Positions 18,731-29,103 are shown, numbered from the stretch's first letter. The stretch is DNA of 64,000 nt from a virus (IMGVR_UViG_2778260992_000001); one strand, 5' to 3'. Program-made: numbers and translations. Notes: generated from the sequence alone by a model not told the origin.

Positions 18731-19398
18731 TGACCAAAAAGTTTGAAATCGTATATCGCGACCCGGCAGATCTTATTCCCTATGAGATGAATGCCAAAAA
18801 GCATGATGAACAGCAGATCAGAGATCTGGCCGCAGCCATTAAAAAGCGCGGATTTGACCAGCCAATTACGGTCGATAAGAACGACGTAATTATTACTGGC
18901 CACGGCCGCCGTGAGGCTGCAATTTTTGCTGGACTTGAGCGCGTACCGGTTATTGTTCGCGATGATCTCAGTGATGACGAGGTTCGTGCGAAGCGCCTTG
19001 AAGATAACCGACTTGCCAGCATTGATTACGATGCAATTAAGCTACAGAAAGAGCTTGAGTCGCTTGTTCTGGACGATATCGAGGTTTTCGGCTTTGAAGA
19101 GCGTGAGTTGAATGTTCTCGTTGGCAGTATGACAGAAGAAATGGACACCGACTCGCTAGTTATCGATCTTGGCGAAGAAACTAAACGACAGAAGGATGAA
19201 CACACCGAGATCAGTCGTGAAGTTGCAGCGGAAGAAGTACGTGTTGTCGACGTATTGGGCTTTAAAACGCTCCCTGCTGGCTCTGCCATTGTTGTTGGTG
19301 ATTTGCTTGCCCATATGGAAGAAATGACGGGAGAAAGCGGGGTAGACGCATTTGTGGCATATGCGGAGAAGATCTCTTCCGGGGAGATGGCTGCATGA
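18730..19398 (+). CDS. ParB/Srx-fold N-terminal domain protein 2
   Basis: TGHGRREAA motif; start ATG overlaps previous stop (TAATG). Confidence 0.55.
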   Translation: MTKKFEIVYRDPADLIPYEMNAKKHDEQQIRDLAAAIKKRGFDQPITVDKNDVIITGHGRREAAIFAGLERVPVIVRDDLSDDEVRAKRLEDNRLASIDYDAIKLQKELESLVLDDIEVFGFEERELNVLVGSMTEEMDTDSLVIDLGEETKRQKDEHTEISREVAAEEVRVVDVLGFKTLPAGSAIVVGDLLAHMEEMTGESGVDAFVAYAEKISSGEMAA

Positions 19399-20060
19399 GC
19401 AAATACATCATCAACGTATCGTTTCAGACACGCGTAAATAAAACCACGCGCACGTTGGAAATCGCTGAGTCGTTCGGGCTTGGCCTGGACGAAAAAGAGT
19501 GGACGCTTTACGACAATCTGGAGCTGGAAGTGAAGCAGGGCGATGTGGTGTACATCACCGGCCAATCCGGTTCCGGCAAATCCGTTGTGCTGCGCGAGTT
19601 GCAACGACAGATGAAGGATGAAGGGCTGTCTGTAGCCTCCATCGATGATTTTACCTTCGATAATGAGGTTAACGTCATCGATCAGTTGGGCAAAACGACC
19701 AGTGATGCGCTTGGGTTGTTATCTATGGCTGGTCTGAACGATGCATATCTGTTTGTTCGCAAGCCTTCTGAAATGTCAGACGGCCAGAAATATCGTCTCA
19801 AGATTGCCAAACTGATTGAGTCAGGCGCTAAAGTATGGGCTGCTGACGAGTTCGGCGCTGTTCTCGACCGTGTAACCGCTCAGGTTGTGGCGTCTAACCT
19901 CCAGCGTGCCGCTCGAAAGGTTGGTGCGACGGTAATGGTGGCGACGACTCACGAAGACCTGAAGAACGCGCTGCGCCCTGATATGCAGATCACCAAGCAC
20001 TACAAAGAACGCGTGAAGGTGGAATATCACAATGGTAGTCATGATGAGGTCCATTCATGA
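19395..20060 (+). CDS. ABC-type ATPase (soluble, 221 aa)
   Basis: Walker A GQSGSGKS, signature-like SDGQKYR, Walker B VWAADEFG, H-loop ATTHED. Confidence 0.65.
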   Translation: MSKYIINVSFQTRVNKTTRTLEIAESFGLGLDEKEWTLYDNLELEVKQGDVVYITGQSGSGKSVVLRELQRQMKDEGLSVASIDDFTFDNEVNVIDQLGKTTSDALGLLSMAGLNDAYLFVRKPSEMSDGQKYRLKIAKLIESGAKVWAADEFGAVLDRVTAQVVASNLQRAARKVGATVMVATTHEDLKNALRPDMQITKHYKERVKVEYHNGSHDEVHS

Positions 20061-20947
20061 CGGACATCATCATTAAACGCTACCGCCCTGAAGAGTTTCC
20101 GCGTCATCTGGACTTTCTGGAGCGAATGACTGTTACAAAGGGAACTGTAGAGGACTGGCACGCTCTTAAGTCGCTTCACTACAAAACAGACGGCAAACCT
20201 TTCGCGCCAACTTACTATCGCTGCGAACTTGATGACCGTCTGGTGGGCGTCGTGGTTATGGCTTACCCGAAACTACTGTTGGCACCTCGCCACCGCATGT
20301 TTCCTAAGTTGAAACCAACCACTAATACCACCGTGGCTAACCAGTACTGGGGTCGGTACGTGAATAACAACTTTGCGGTGATCAGTCGCTCAGTTGTGGA
20401 TACTCAGTATCGTGGCGTAGGCGTCTCTTATAGAATGATTAACCTGGTTAGCAGGATGCATGACCGGCCAATCATTGAGATCCAGTCCTCGATGAGCAAA
20501 TACAATCCCTTCGCCATGAAAGCAGGGTTTAAGTTCATCCGCCCTGAGCGACCGAAGAGCTATGAAAGTGCACTGCGTGTGTTCCAGCGCCATTTCCGCT
20601 CCGACCCGGGTGATAACGAGGCGATCGTCAAAGAGTTGTTCGCTATGAGCGAGTCTCGTCGTCGCCGTGCGCTGCGCGATTTGGTGGCGGACTACCATAA
20701 GAACAGTTCCCTGGCAAAAGCTGGGCGGAATCGTGGCACGACGATTCAGGACATTGCCGACAGTCTGGTGGACGAGGCCAGCATTGTGAAGCTGCTCAAG
20801 GACATTCACAACCTGAGCTTTACGTCTCCGTTGTATGGTGTGTACCGAAACCCTGACTTTGGCCGTCGACTGCCTGACACGCTGCCACTGCTGGCATTCG
20901 ACAAACAACCTTTGGATAAACCGTTAGAAATTGCTTTACCGGCATAA
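20057..20947 (+). CDS. hypothetical protein, weak acyltransferase-like motif
   Basis: YRGVGVS segment reminiscent of GNAT motif A; weak. Confidence 0.4.
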   Translation: MTDIIIKRYRPEEFPRHLDFLERMTVTKGTVEDWHALKSLHYKTDGKPFAPTYYRCELDDRLVGVVVMAYPKLLLAPRHRMFPKLKPTTNTTVANQYWGRYVNNNFAVISRSVVDTQYRGVGVSYRMINLVSRMHDRPIIEIQSSMSKYNPFAMKAGFKFIRPERPKSYESALRVFQRHFRSDPGDNEAIVKELFAMSESRRRRALRDLVADYHKNSSLAKAGRNRGTTIQDIADSLVDEASIVKLLKDIHNLSFTSPLYGVYRNPDFGRRLPDTLPLLAFDKQPLDKPLEIALPA

Positions 20948-20956
20948 GGATTTGCC

Positions 20957-21223
20957 ATGACGTTAACCGATAAACAAAAGGACATCATCAAAACGCTCAA
21001 TCTCGGTTATGAGCGAGGTCATCTACTTGACCTGGACGAATTGCTTGAAGTTTTGCCGTACAAGACAACCAAGCAAAGTATCCAGTTCTCAATTCGCGCT
21101 CTGATAAAAAAGGGGCTGGTGGAGAAAGGGCATACGCGCCAACGCAGTGACAATCGCTATCACCGCCGGACTCTTGGGTTAACCACTTTAGGTCGAGCCA
21201 AAGCGAAGTTACTGGTGATGTAA
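20957..21223 (+). CDS. small putative DNA-binding protein
   Basis: 88 aa, basic C-terminus; helix-turn-helix-like segment. Confidence 0.4.
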   Translation: MTLTDKQKDIIKTLNLGYERGHLLDLDELLEVLPYKTTKQSIQFSIRALIKKGLVEKGHTRQRSDNRYHRRTLGLTTLGRAKAKLLVM

Positions 21224-21247
21224 TCGGTCTGGGAGCTTATTTAAAGA

Positions 21248-21302
21248 CCTGCATCTGTATATATAAATAATAAGTAACTTATTAAATATATACGGAAGCA
21301 GG
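21248..21302. repeat. 55-bp near-palindromic element, copy A
   Basis: CCTGCATCTGTATATATAAATAATAAGTAACTTATTAAATATATACGGAAGCAGG; reverse complement matches copy B at 52919 in 53/55 positions. Confidence 0.8.
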
Positions 21303-21337
21303 CTTCGTAAGACATGCCAGACCTAATTAAACACCCC

Positions 21338-21354
21338 AGAAAACAAGTTGGTTA
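21338..21354. promoter_or_regulatory. class-1 palindrome (variant)
   Basis: AGAAAACAAGTTGGTTA. Confidence 0.5.
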
Positions 21355-21363
21355 GCAGATGCA

Positions 21364-21380
21364 GTAAACAAGTTGTTTTA
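21364..21380. promoter_or_regulatory. class-1 palindrome
   Basis: GTAAACAAGTTGTTTTA, about 40 nt upstream of the terminase small subunit candidate. Confidence 0.55.
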
Positions 21381-21418
21381 GAGCGCATGGACGCGCTCTG
21401 TGTGTTTTAGAGGGATCT

Positions 21419-22051
21419 ATGACGGTCGAAAAAGACGAGGTAAAAACTCGCCTGACACCAGCGGAGTGGGCCGAAGCTGAAGCCAAATGGACGTCAGGCG
21501 AATATACACTCTCAAAGCTGGAGGAAGAGTACGGCATTCGTCGTGAAACACTCTCCAGACATTTCAAAAAGCGAGGATTAGAGAAAGGCGCGGACTCTGT
21601 TGGGAAGATGGTTCGTGAGTCTCTTAAATCTGACGCAGAGCTTCGCGCTAAAGCCCGTGCGGAAAAGATAGAAGAACGTCGTACACGTTATGACGGCTGG
21701 GCGTATGCGTTGGGGCAGATGGTGATGGTCGAAGTCACTACGGCCAAACGTGAGGGTAAGCCTTTAGGGGCGATTGAGGATTCTCTCAAGAGCTTACAGA
21801 GAGCCAGTAATACCCTTGCAAAATGCTTTGAAGTTTCGTCCAAAGCATTGGGCATGGATCATGCGGAAAATGACGAGGAAGAAATTCCGAACCTGGTATT
21901 TGGTGAGCTTACGCCTTCCCAGGTGGCGAAATTACGTCAGGAAGACGACGAGCCTGAAATCATCGATGACGAATTGCTTGAGACGTTGGAAGAAGAAGCT
22001 CTAAGCGAATTTGATGCGACAGATGATGGAAGTGAAGGGGAGGACGAATAA
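21419..22051 (+). CDS. terminase small subunit (putative)
   Basis: N-terminal HTH-like segment, acidic C-terminus, immediately upstream of and overlapping terminase large subunit. Confidence 0.6.
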   Translation: MTVEKDEVKTRLTPAEWAEAEAKWTSGEYTLSKLEEEYGIRRETLSRHFKKRGLEKGADSVGKMVRESLKSDAELRAKARAEKIEERRTRYDGWAYALGQMVMVEVTTAKREGKPLGAIEDSLKSLQRASNTLAKCFEVSSKALGMDHAENDEEEIPNLVFGELTPSQVAKLRQEDDEPEIIDDELLETLEEEALSEFDATDDGSEGEDE

Positions 22052-23307
22052 TGGCAATCCCGTCCTCGCTCAGTCTTGTGCAACTGCATTCTGGACAGAT
22101 GAAAGTCTTCCAGTCTCCGCATCGATTTAAAGTTGTTTGTGCTGGTCGACGCTGGGGAAAATCCCGGTTGTCGATCTCCACTATTATTCGTGCGGCGGCA
22201 AAGGAAAAAAAGCAAAGGGTCTGGTATGTCGCTCCTACATACCAGATGGCTCGCCAGATTTTGTGGGACGATCTACAGGAAGTTCTGCCTCGTAAGTGGG
22301 TTAGGAAAAAGAACGACACCACGATGACAATCGTGTTGAAGAACGGTTCGGAGATCGCCCTCAAAGGTGCTGATAAGCCTGACACTCTGCGCGGCGTAGC
22401 GTTGCATTTTGTAGTGCTTGATGAATTTCAGGATATGAAGGCTGACACCTGGTACAAGGTGTTACGACCTACTCTTTCATCGACACGCGGCGGTGCACTG
22501 ATCATTGGTACGCCAAAAGGCTTCTCGGAATTTCACAAACTGTGGACTATAGGCCAGAACGTAGAGCTGCAAAGAAAGGGACAGTGGAAGAGCTGGCAGT
22601 TTGTAACTGCCGATTCTCCGTTTGTACCTACGGCGGAAATTGAAGCTGCTAAGAACGATATGGACCCGAAATCGTTCGCTCAGGAGTACCTGGCGAGCTT
22701 TGAGAACATGTCCGGGCGCGTTTACTACCCGTTCGATCGTAACGTGCATGTAAAACCGCTTCAGTTCAACCCTCGGTTGCCTATATGGGTAGGGCAGGAC
22801 TTCAACATTGACCCGATGTCTTCAGTAATTTTGCAACCTCAGCCAAATGGTGAGCTATGGGCAATTGATGAATTGGTGCTCTTTTCCTCTAACACGGCAG
22901 AGGTTTGTGATGAGCTTGAGAGACGCTTCTGGCGCTGGAAATCACAGATAACGGTATTTCCAGATCCGGCAGGTGCTTATCGCCAACATGCTCGCGGGGA
23001 GTCTGACGTCGACATATTCAAAGAGAAGGGATTCTTACGTGTCGATTATTCGAAAAAGCACCCGCCAATTGCGGATCGTGTTAATGCTGTTAACCGAATG
23101 CTGATGACCGCATCTGGAGATATCCGGCTGTATATCGATCCGAAGTGCAAGCATTTGATTGATTCACTGGAAAAAGTCATCTACAAGCCTGGAACACGAG
23201 ATATGGATAAGACAGGTGGCATTGAGCATAGTGCAGACGCATTGGGCTATCCAGTACATCGTAGGTATCCAGTCAAAAACCGTGTTATTCTTGGTGGTTC
23301 TCGATAG
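22051..23307 (+). CDS. terminase large subunit
   Basis: Walker A-like CAGRRWGKS, Walker B VVLDEF, C-terminal nuclease-like region; followed by portal. Confidence 0.85.
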   Translation: MAIPSSLSLVQLHSGQMKVFQSPHRFKVVCAGRRWGKSRLSISTIIRAAAKEKKQRVWYVAPTYQMARQILWDDLQEVLPRKWVRKKNDTTMTIVLKNGSEIALKGADKPDTLRGVALHFVVLDEFQDMKADTWYKVLRPTLSSTRGGALIIGTPKGFSEFHKLWTIGQNVELQRKGQWKSWQFVTADSPFVPTAEIEAAKNDMDPKSFAQEYLASFENMSGRVYYPFDRNVHVKPLQFNPRLPIWVGQDFNIDPMSSVILQPQPNGELWAIDELVLFSSNTAEVCDELERRFWRWKSQITVFPDPAGAYRQHARGESDVDIFKEKGFLRVDYSKKHPPIADRVNAVNRMLMTASGDIRLYIDPKCKHLIDSLEKVIYKPGTRDMDKTGGIEHSADALGYPVHRRYPVKNRVILGGSR

Positions 23308-23325
23308 GTAAGTAATTATCTAAGG
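23303..23325. promoter_or_regulatory. class-2 element (imperfect)
   Basis: GATAGGTAAGTAATTATCTAAGG before portal gene. Confidence 0.4.
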
Positions 23326-23333
23326 TTATTCAA

Positions 23334-24908
23334 ATGGAATTGAACGACAAACAAATTAAGGATCTGGTGGCGCGACGCCACCCGGAATACGAAAAGAAAA
23401 AAGAACATTGGGACTTCCTCGCCAGCACTTACGCTGGCGGGCGTGGTTGGTTTACAGACAATATCTTTCGTTACTTTAAAGAGGGAGATCAGGAGTTTAA
23501 GGAGCGAGTTGAGCGTGCTTATCGCTTCAACCACACTCGTGAGGTGGTAAACCTCATCAACAAATATCTCTTTAAAGAAGACATTCATAGAAATATCGAA
23601 GAGGCACCAGAGCAGATCCGCAATTTCTGGAAACGTGCGACCCGCCAGAATGCCTCTATTGACTCATTTATGGCCGCTATTGATTTGCAGTCGTCTATTT
23701 ACGGTCGCATATGGGTTGTTGTCGATAGCACGATGAGTGGTGATGTTGAGTCAGTAGCTGACGAGAAAAAGAAAGATGCTCGCGCCTACGCCTACTGGAT
23801 TTCACCTCAGCAAATGCTGGATGTGGCATGGGACGACGACGGGAATATGTTGTGGGCGTTAATTGTGGAAGTCGCTCGTGATGACGCAGATCCTTTTACT
23901 TCTACAGGTCAGGAATACCAACGTTATCGTCTGTGGACACAAAACGAGTGGTATCTGTTCCGTGAGGAAGTGAAGAAGGGCGCTGGTGGAGCAGGTCGCC
24001 GTCAGGCAAAAGTTATTTTAGAGGATAGCGGTGCGCATAATCTCGGCGTAGTTCCTGTGTTTCCTGTTGATTGTATTGGAGAAAGTGAATCACCGTATTT
24101 CAGCCCATCGTTGATCGATGATATCGCTTATCTTGATCGTGCGGTTGCAAACTATCTGTCAAACCTTGATGCCATTATTCAGGATCAGACATTTAGCCAG
24201 TTGGCTATACCGGTACAGTCGCTTTTACCTGGTGATGAAAACCACACTAAAGTGCTTGAAATGGGCACAAAGCGAGTCTTCACCTACGATTCTGAAGGTG
24301 GAAACCAGCCGTTTTATCTGTCACCAGACCCGAAACAAGCTCAGATGATCATCACTACGATTAAGACGGTGATTAACGAAATCTACCATTCAGTTGGTGT
24401 AGCTGGTGAGCGAACGAAGCAGGACAACGCACAGGGAATCGATAACTCATCTGGTGCCGCAAAAATGTATGACTTCCAGCGTGTAAATAGCTTGCTTGTC
24501 ACAAAAGCAGAGCGTCTGGAAAGGGCTGAACGCCAAATCATGCTACTGGTTGCGAAATGGATGGGGGTAGATCTGGACGAAGACCACTCTTTAATTGCGT
24601 ATCCAGAAAGTTTCGATATTCGTGGCCTTACTGATGAATTTTCTGTTGCCGAGAAACTGTCGTTACTTCAGGCACCGGACTCTGTACGTCGTCACCAGAT
24701 GGAAATGCTGATTGAGAAGATTTTCCCGAACATCACTGAGGCGATGAAGAAGGAATTTGATAAAGATCTCTTGAATTTTCCGCCAAAAAATGATCTAAAT
24801 ACCCTTGAAAATAAGTCAGTACTTACTTATGATCAAGGCACAGCCCAAGAAAGCGGGCAAGATCAACCCCGAGGGAATGGGGACTCATCTACTCAAGAGA
24901 ACGAGTGA
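23334..24908 (+). CDS. portal protein
   Basis: 524 aa immediately after terminase large subunit. Confidence 0.7.
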   Translation: MELNDKQIKDLVARRHPEYEKKKEHWDFLASTYAGGRGWFTDNIFRYFKEGDQEFKERVERAYRFNHTREVVNLINKYLFKEDIHRNIEEAPEQIRNFWKRATRQNASIDSFMAAIDLQSSIYGRIWVVVDSTMSGDVESVADEKKKDARAYAYWISPQQMLDVAWDDDGNMLWALIVEVARDDADPFTSTGQEYQRYRLWTQNEWYLFREEVKKGAGGAGRRQAKVILEDSGAHNLGVVPVFPVDCIGESESPYFSPSLIDDIAYLDRAVANYLSNLDAIIQDQTFSQLAIPVQSLLPGDENHTKVLEMGTKRVFTYDSEGGNQPFYLSPDPKQAQMIITTIKTVINEIYHSVGVAGERTKQDNAQGIDNSSGAAKMYDFQRVNSLLVTKAERLERAERQIMLLVAKWMGVDLDEDHSLIAYPESFDIRGLTDEFSVAEKLSLLQAPDSVRRHQMEMLIEKIFPNITEAMKKEFDKDLLNFPPKNDLNTLENKSVLTYDQGTAQESGQDQPRGNGDSSTQENE

Positions 24909-24929
24909 TAAGTAACAAAGGGAATTTTT

Positions 24930-25817
24930 ATGAAACTGTGGCAAATGCTTTTGGCCCGTCGTGGTCTGATGGATGTTGCTGAAGCGCATGAGCGTGGAGG
25001 CGCTGGCGGTGTAGCTGCTGATAATGAGCAGAGTACACAAAATCCTGACAAACAGGGTGAACAAAAAGAGCAGCCGAAGGGTGATGACGAATACGCTGGC
25101 ATGACTCATGAAGAGTTACTGGCCGAACTTCGTAAAACCAAGAAAGCTGGTGCTGAACTGCTGAAAGAGAACATGAAGCGCAAAGAGAAAGAGCGCACAT
25201 TGGCCGATCAGCTTGCTCAGTACGGTGATATCGACCCGGCGCGTGCTCGCCAGCTTTTAGAAGCTGAACAGGCCGCAGAAAATGCACGTCGTGAGGCGGA
25301 GCAAGCTGAACTGGAGCGTCGTGGTGAGTTCGATGCTGTTAAAAAACAGATGATCGAAGCACACCAGGCAGAGCTGGCACAGCGTGACGAACGTTATGCA
25401 GCACTGGAAAGTGAAAACGCATCACTGAAATCTCAATTAGTCGAGATGACCGTGGGCGCTTCCTTCAGTAACTCTCTCTTCCTACGTGACAAAGTTCTGA
25501 TGACTCCGGCAAAAGCCCGCGTGATCTACGGTTCTCATTTTGAAGTGGGTGAAGACGGTAGCGTAGTGGGTTATGACAAACCGGCAGGTCATAAAGAACG
25601 AGCTGTTCTGGTTGACGGTGAAGGTAAGCCGTTGCCGTTTGAATCCGCGATTGAACGCATTGTGCGGGCAGATCCGGAAGCTGACGCATTGATGCGTAGC
25701 GAAGCCAAGCAGGGTGTAGGCTCACATTCCAAATCGACCTACACAATATCCCAACCGAAGAACAAGTCGACTATGGATAAGTTGGCCTCCGGTCTGGGGA
25801 AAATTGGACTTAAGTAA
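24930..25817 (+). CDS. head scaffolding protein (putative)
   Basis: Charged coiled-coil-like E/K/A/R-rich sequence between portal and capsid genes. Confidence 0.55.
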   Translation: MKLWQMLLARRGLMDVAEAHERGGAGGVAADNEQSTQNPDKQGEQKEQPKGDDEYAGMTHEELLAELRKTKKAGAELLKENMKRKEKERTLADQLAQYGDIDPARARQLLEAEQAAENARREAEQAELERRGEFDAVKKQMIEAHQAELAQRDERYAALESENASLKSQLVEMTVGASFSNSLFLRDKVLMTPAKARVIYGSHFEVGEDGSVVGYDKPAGHKERAVLVDGEGKPLPFESAIERIVRADPEADALMRSEAKQGVGSHSKSTYTISQPKNKSTMDKLASGLGKIGLK

Positions 25818-25842
25818 CATCTAAATCAAAGGGAATTGATAG

Positions 25843-26718
25843 ATGCCATTACTGCGTGAAGAAGCTGAAAAGCTGTCTAACAACGAACTTGAACAGGGTG
25901 TGATCGAAACTATCATCGATCGCGATGACCTGTTTGCCATCTTGCCTTTTATGAAAATTAATTCAAAGGCATATCTGTACAACCGTGAAAAAACGCTGAG
26001 TGAAGCTACCTTCATCGACGTTAACGACACCATCCCTGAAGGTGCAGCAACCTTCGAAGAATGCGTTGCGAAACTGCGTATTCTGGCTGGTGACGTAGAC
26101 GTTGATAAATTCCTGGCAACCACTATGGCCGACACCAATAACCAGTTGGCTATTCAGGTTCGTCAGAAAGTTAAAGGTCTGGCTCGTGCGTTCCGCCGCA
26201 ACCTGATTTTGGGTGACTCCAGCTCCAACAACAAAGCGTTCGACGGTATTCCACGCCTGATGCATGAAGATCAGAAGATCGACATCGCAGGTGCATCTAT
26301 GACTTTCTCCATGTTCGACGAACTGGTCGATGCGGTGAAAGATCTTGGTGCTGACTGCATCATGATGCGTTCAGAGCACCTGCGTGCTTACCGTGCGCTG
26401 CTGCGTACAGTAAACGTAGGCCCGTCTGAAATCATGATGGAGAACTTCGGTCGTCCGATGCTGTGTCATAACGGCGTTCCGTTCATTATCAACGACTTCA
26501 TCCCGACCGATTCTGGCAAAGCAAGCATCTACTGCCTGCATCTGTCAGAAGAGAACGGCGTTACTGGTCTGTATGGCGGCGACAACGCAGGTATCGTTGT
26601 TGAAAACATTGGTACTGTACAGAACAAAGACGCAGTACGTACCCGTGTGAAGTGGTACTGCTCTCTGGCGAATAAGCACGATAAGGCTATCGCTGCACTG
26701 ACCAATGTAAAAATTTAA
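25843..26718 (+). CDS. major capsid protein
   Basis: 291 aa after scaffold, followed by strong terminator; same CAAAGGGAATT ribosome-binding region as scaffold gene. Confidence 0.7.
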   Translation: MPLLREEAEKLSNNELEQGVIETIIDRDDLFAILPFMKINSKAYLYNREKTLSEATFIDVNDTIPEGAATFEECVAKLRILAGDVDVDKFLATTMADTNNQLAIQVRQKVKGLARAFRRNLILGDSSSNNKAFDGIPRLMHEDQKIDIAGASMTFSMFDELVDAVKDLGADCIMMRSEHLRAYRALLRTVNVGPSEIMMENFGRPMLCHNGVPFIINDFIPTDSGKASIYCLHLSEENGVTGLYGGDNAGIVVENIGTVQNKDAVRTRVKWYCSLANKHDKAIAALTNVKI

Positions 26719-26752
26719 TCAGTGTAGTAGATAAGCAGTTATCTATGTTAAA

Positions 26753-26778
26753 GGGTGGGCTATACGCCCACCCTTTTT
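26753..26778 (+). terminator. rho-independent terminator after capsid gene
   Basis: GGGTGGGC-TATAC-GCCCACCC plus TTTTT. Confidence 0.75.
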
Positions 26779-26791
26779 GTAGGAGCGAGAA

Positions 26792-27712
26792 ATGCCAGAA
26801 CAAAAGATGAAGATTACGGAAGAGGCATTTTCGGATTTTACGGGGCATATGTGCCGTGCCGGATTTACCAATTCTATCTCCGATGAACCTTTAACCGAGC
26901 GGCAACAAAGTCAGCTATCTGCTTGTTTGCAGGCGGTTCCCTTCTCCCAATCCGTAAACATAACTCCGGCTTCACCATCAGTTTTGGTTGGGAAAACTGT
27001 TCAACTTAGTGCAGGTATTAGTATGGGTAAGAGTGCCAGTTCATTCACCTGGAAGTCAGCCAATGATCAAATTGCAACCGTTAACGGCACTGGATTAGTA
27101 ACTGGCGTAGCCCCAGGCAAAGTAAAAATTACTGCAACTGATCAGGAAACCCAGCTTTCCGCTTCAGTGGAAGTCACCGTAAATCCGGTAGCCGTTCAAT
27201 CCGTAACGGTAACGCCAGACTCAACCTCTGTTGAGAAAGGAAAATCAGTCAGTCTGAAAGCGAATGTTCAGCCGTCAAATGCGACGAATAAGGCTGTTAC
27301 CTGGTCTTCCAAAAATGAAGATAAGGCAACGGTAGACCAGAGCGGGAACGTAACTGGTGTAGAAGTTGGCACTGCGACGATTGAGATCGTTTCCCAAGAT
27401 GGCAGCAAAAAGGCAACTGCAACGGTGGAAGTAACTGCGCCTGTTGTGGCTGTTACTGGTGTCGAAATCGACCCAAATAGCACAACCGTTGAGGCAAACA
27501 AAACTGTTCAGCTGATCGCAAATGTCGAGCCGGTAGGAGCCACAAATAAAACCGTTACTTGGGAATCCAAAAATACCGAGTTTGCAACGGTGGACAGCGA
27601 AACCGGTGTTGTAACTGGTGTTGCGGCTGGCACTGCCACAATCGAGGTTACTACACAAGATGGTAGCCACAAAGCGACAGCGACCGTAGAGGTCACTGCC
27701 GCACAGGAATAA
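26792..27712 (+). CDS. Ig-like (Big_2-type) repeat protein, probable capsid decoration
   Basis: Three repeats of about 90 aa with pattern VTVxP..KAVTWSS..ATVDxxGxVTGV..GTATI. Confidence 0.6.
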   Translation: MPEQKMKITEEAFSDFTGHMCRAGFTNSISDEPLTERQQSQLSACLQAVPFSQSVNITPASPSVLVGKTVQLSAGISMGKSASSFTWKSANDQIATVNGTGLVTGVAPGKVKITATDQETQLSASVEVTVNPVAVQSVTVTPDSTSVEKGKSVSLKANVQPSNATNKAVTWSSKNEDKATVDQSGNVTGVEVGTATIEIVSQDGSKKATATVEVTAPVVAVTGVEIDPNSTTVEANKTVQLIANVEPVGATNKTVTWESKNTEFATVDSETGVVTGVAAGTATIEVTTQDGSHKATATVEVTAAQE

Positions 27713-27718
27713 CCGATA

Positions 27719-27740
27719 TTGGGCGGCGAAAGCCGCCCAA
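27719..27740. terminator. strong hairpin TTGGGCGGC-GAAA-GCCGCCCAA
   Basis: 9-bp stem with GAAA loop; no U-tract, so may be a processing or stability element. Confidence 0.4.
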
Positions 27741-27756
27741 GTGGAGAGAAAGCGTT

Positions 27757-28191
27757 ATGAAACCAGCAAAAATTGTTTTATTAGAACCGCAATTTTCCGG
27801 TTATTCGGGAATGCTGTGCGGCGTTCAGTTCGAGAACGGGGTATCCGTAGCGGAGTTGCCTTTTATCGATCAGCAGAGAATTTGTGCATCAATGCGAGCG
27901 TCAACAGTAGAGGGAAAAAATGTTTCCCCATCTGCCGCATACAGTGATCGTGGTGAATTGGCCGCAGACCTGATTACAGAGCCAGTAGCGCCTGACATTG
28001 TGCCAATGAAACGTGGGACACCAGATGAACCGGCCAAACAGATCCAGACTTTCACACGAGAAGAGCTGGAGTCCATTGCAGACAACGAAGGTATTGCCGG
28101 TCTACGAGTTATTGGTAATCAGGTTGGTGTTAAAGCGAAAGGAATTGTCGAGATGATTGAAGGCATCCTGAAAGCACAAGGCGGTGAGTAA
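27757..28191 (+). CDS. hypothetical head protein
   Basis: Position within head module. Confidence 0.45.
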   Translation: MKPAKIVLLEPQFSGYSGMLCGVQFENGVSVAELPFIDQQRICASMRASTVEGKNVSPSAAYSDRGELAADLITEPVAPDIVPMKRGTPDEPAKQIQTFTREELESIADNEGIAGLRVIGNQVGVKAKGIVEMIEGILKAQGGE

Positions 28192-29024
28192 TGGCGCAGA
28201 TCGACTCGTATCGTAGCGGTGAAGCTGTTTCTCTTTCATTTGCCTTCAACGTGCTGGATATCGAATCTGCCACCTACACAGTAAAGGACAGCACCGGGGC
28301 TATTCTCGTTGATGGCGAGCCGCTAGAAATTACCAGCGGGCAAATGTCGATTCCGGTTGTCGTGTCGGCTGAATATAACCTGCTCTCTGAGAAAGAACGC
28401 GATCTGCGGTACGTCATTGTGAAGGCTGTTGCATCGGGTCTGACGCATGAAGGGCGGCAAATGTATGTTCTGCTGAATAGTTTTGAACTGTCGATACCAG
28501 AACAGTCGTTTGCAACTGTCGCTGATGCTCAAATGCAGGCGATCGATATGCTGAATGGGGACACTTTGCTGTCGGATGGTGAAGGCTTAATGCGCAAGCG
28601 TCTCATTGAGGCTACCAGACGAATTAAAACTTTACCGTTCTCAATCCGCAAAATTCTACGTATCGACTTTGACCGATACGATCGCCCTCAAAATATGCTG
28701 AATGTGTATGACATTCCGTGGGGAGCAGACGGAGCGTACCGGCATGATTTAGTCGATTGGGAAAAGATGACGCAGGAGAAGTTTGAAGAGTTCCCTGACT
28801 ACTTCAAAGAAGCGTTGATGCTTGCCGTTGTCAACGAAGCGTGTGAGATCGCAAATGGCAATGATGTTGCCGCAGCACGAGAAGATGGCATTTTGTCAGA
28901 GTCCATCGGTGAAACAACCAACATGTACCGTACCGGTAAAGCTGCAAACGTGCATGTGGCTCGCAGTACCTGGCGCTTGCTGGTCAGTTACATTAACAAC
29001 CGTATGATTGTTCGCCGTGCGTAA
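28191..29024 (+). CDS. head completion/connector protein (putative)
   Basis: Position; coupled start. Confidence 0.45.
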   Translation: MAQIDSYRSGEAVSLSFAFNVLDIESATYTVKDSTGAILVDGEPLEITSGQMSIPVVVSAEYNLLSEKERDLRYVIVKAVASGLTHEGRQMYVLLNSFELSIPEQSFATVADAQMQAIDMLNGDTLLSDGEGLMRKRLIEATRRIKTLPFSIRKILRIDFDRYDRPQNMLNVYDIPWGADGAYRHDLVDWEKMTQEKFEEFPDYFKEALMLAVVNEACEIANGNDVAAAREDGILSESIGETTNMYRTGKAANVHVARSTWRLLVSYINNRMIVRRA

Positions 29025-29103
29025 CGCTAGTCGCATTATTTACTTTTGGTCGAAATGGTTTTTGGCCAGTAATGAGAGCGACCGACAACAACAGGGAGAG
29101 AGC

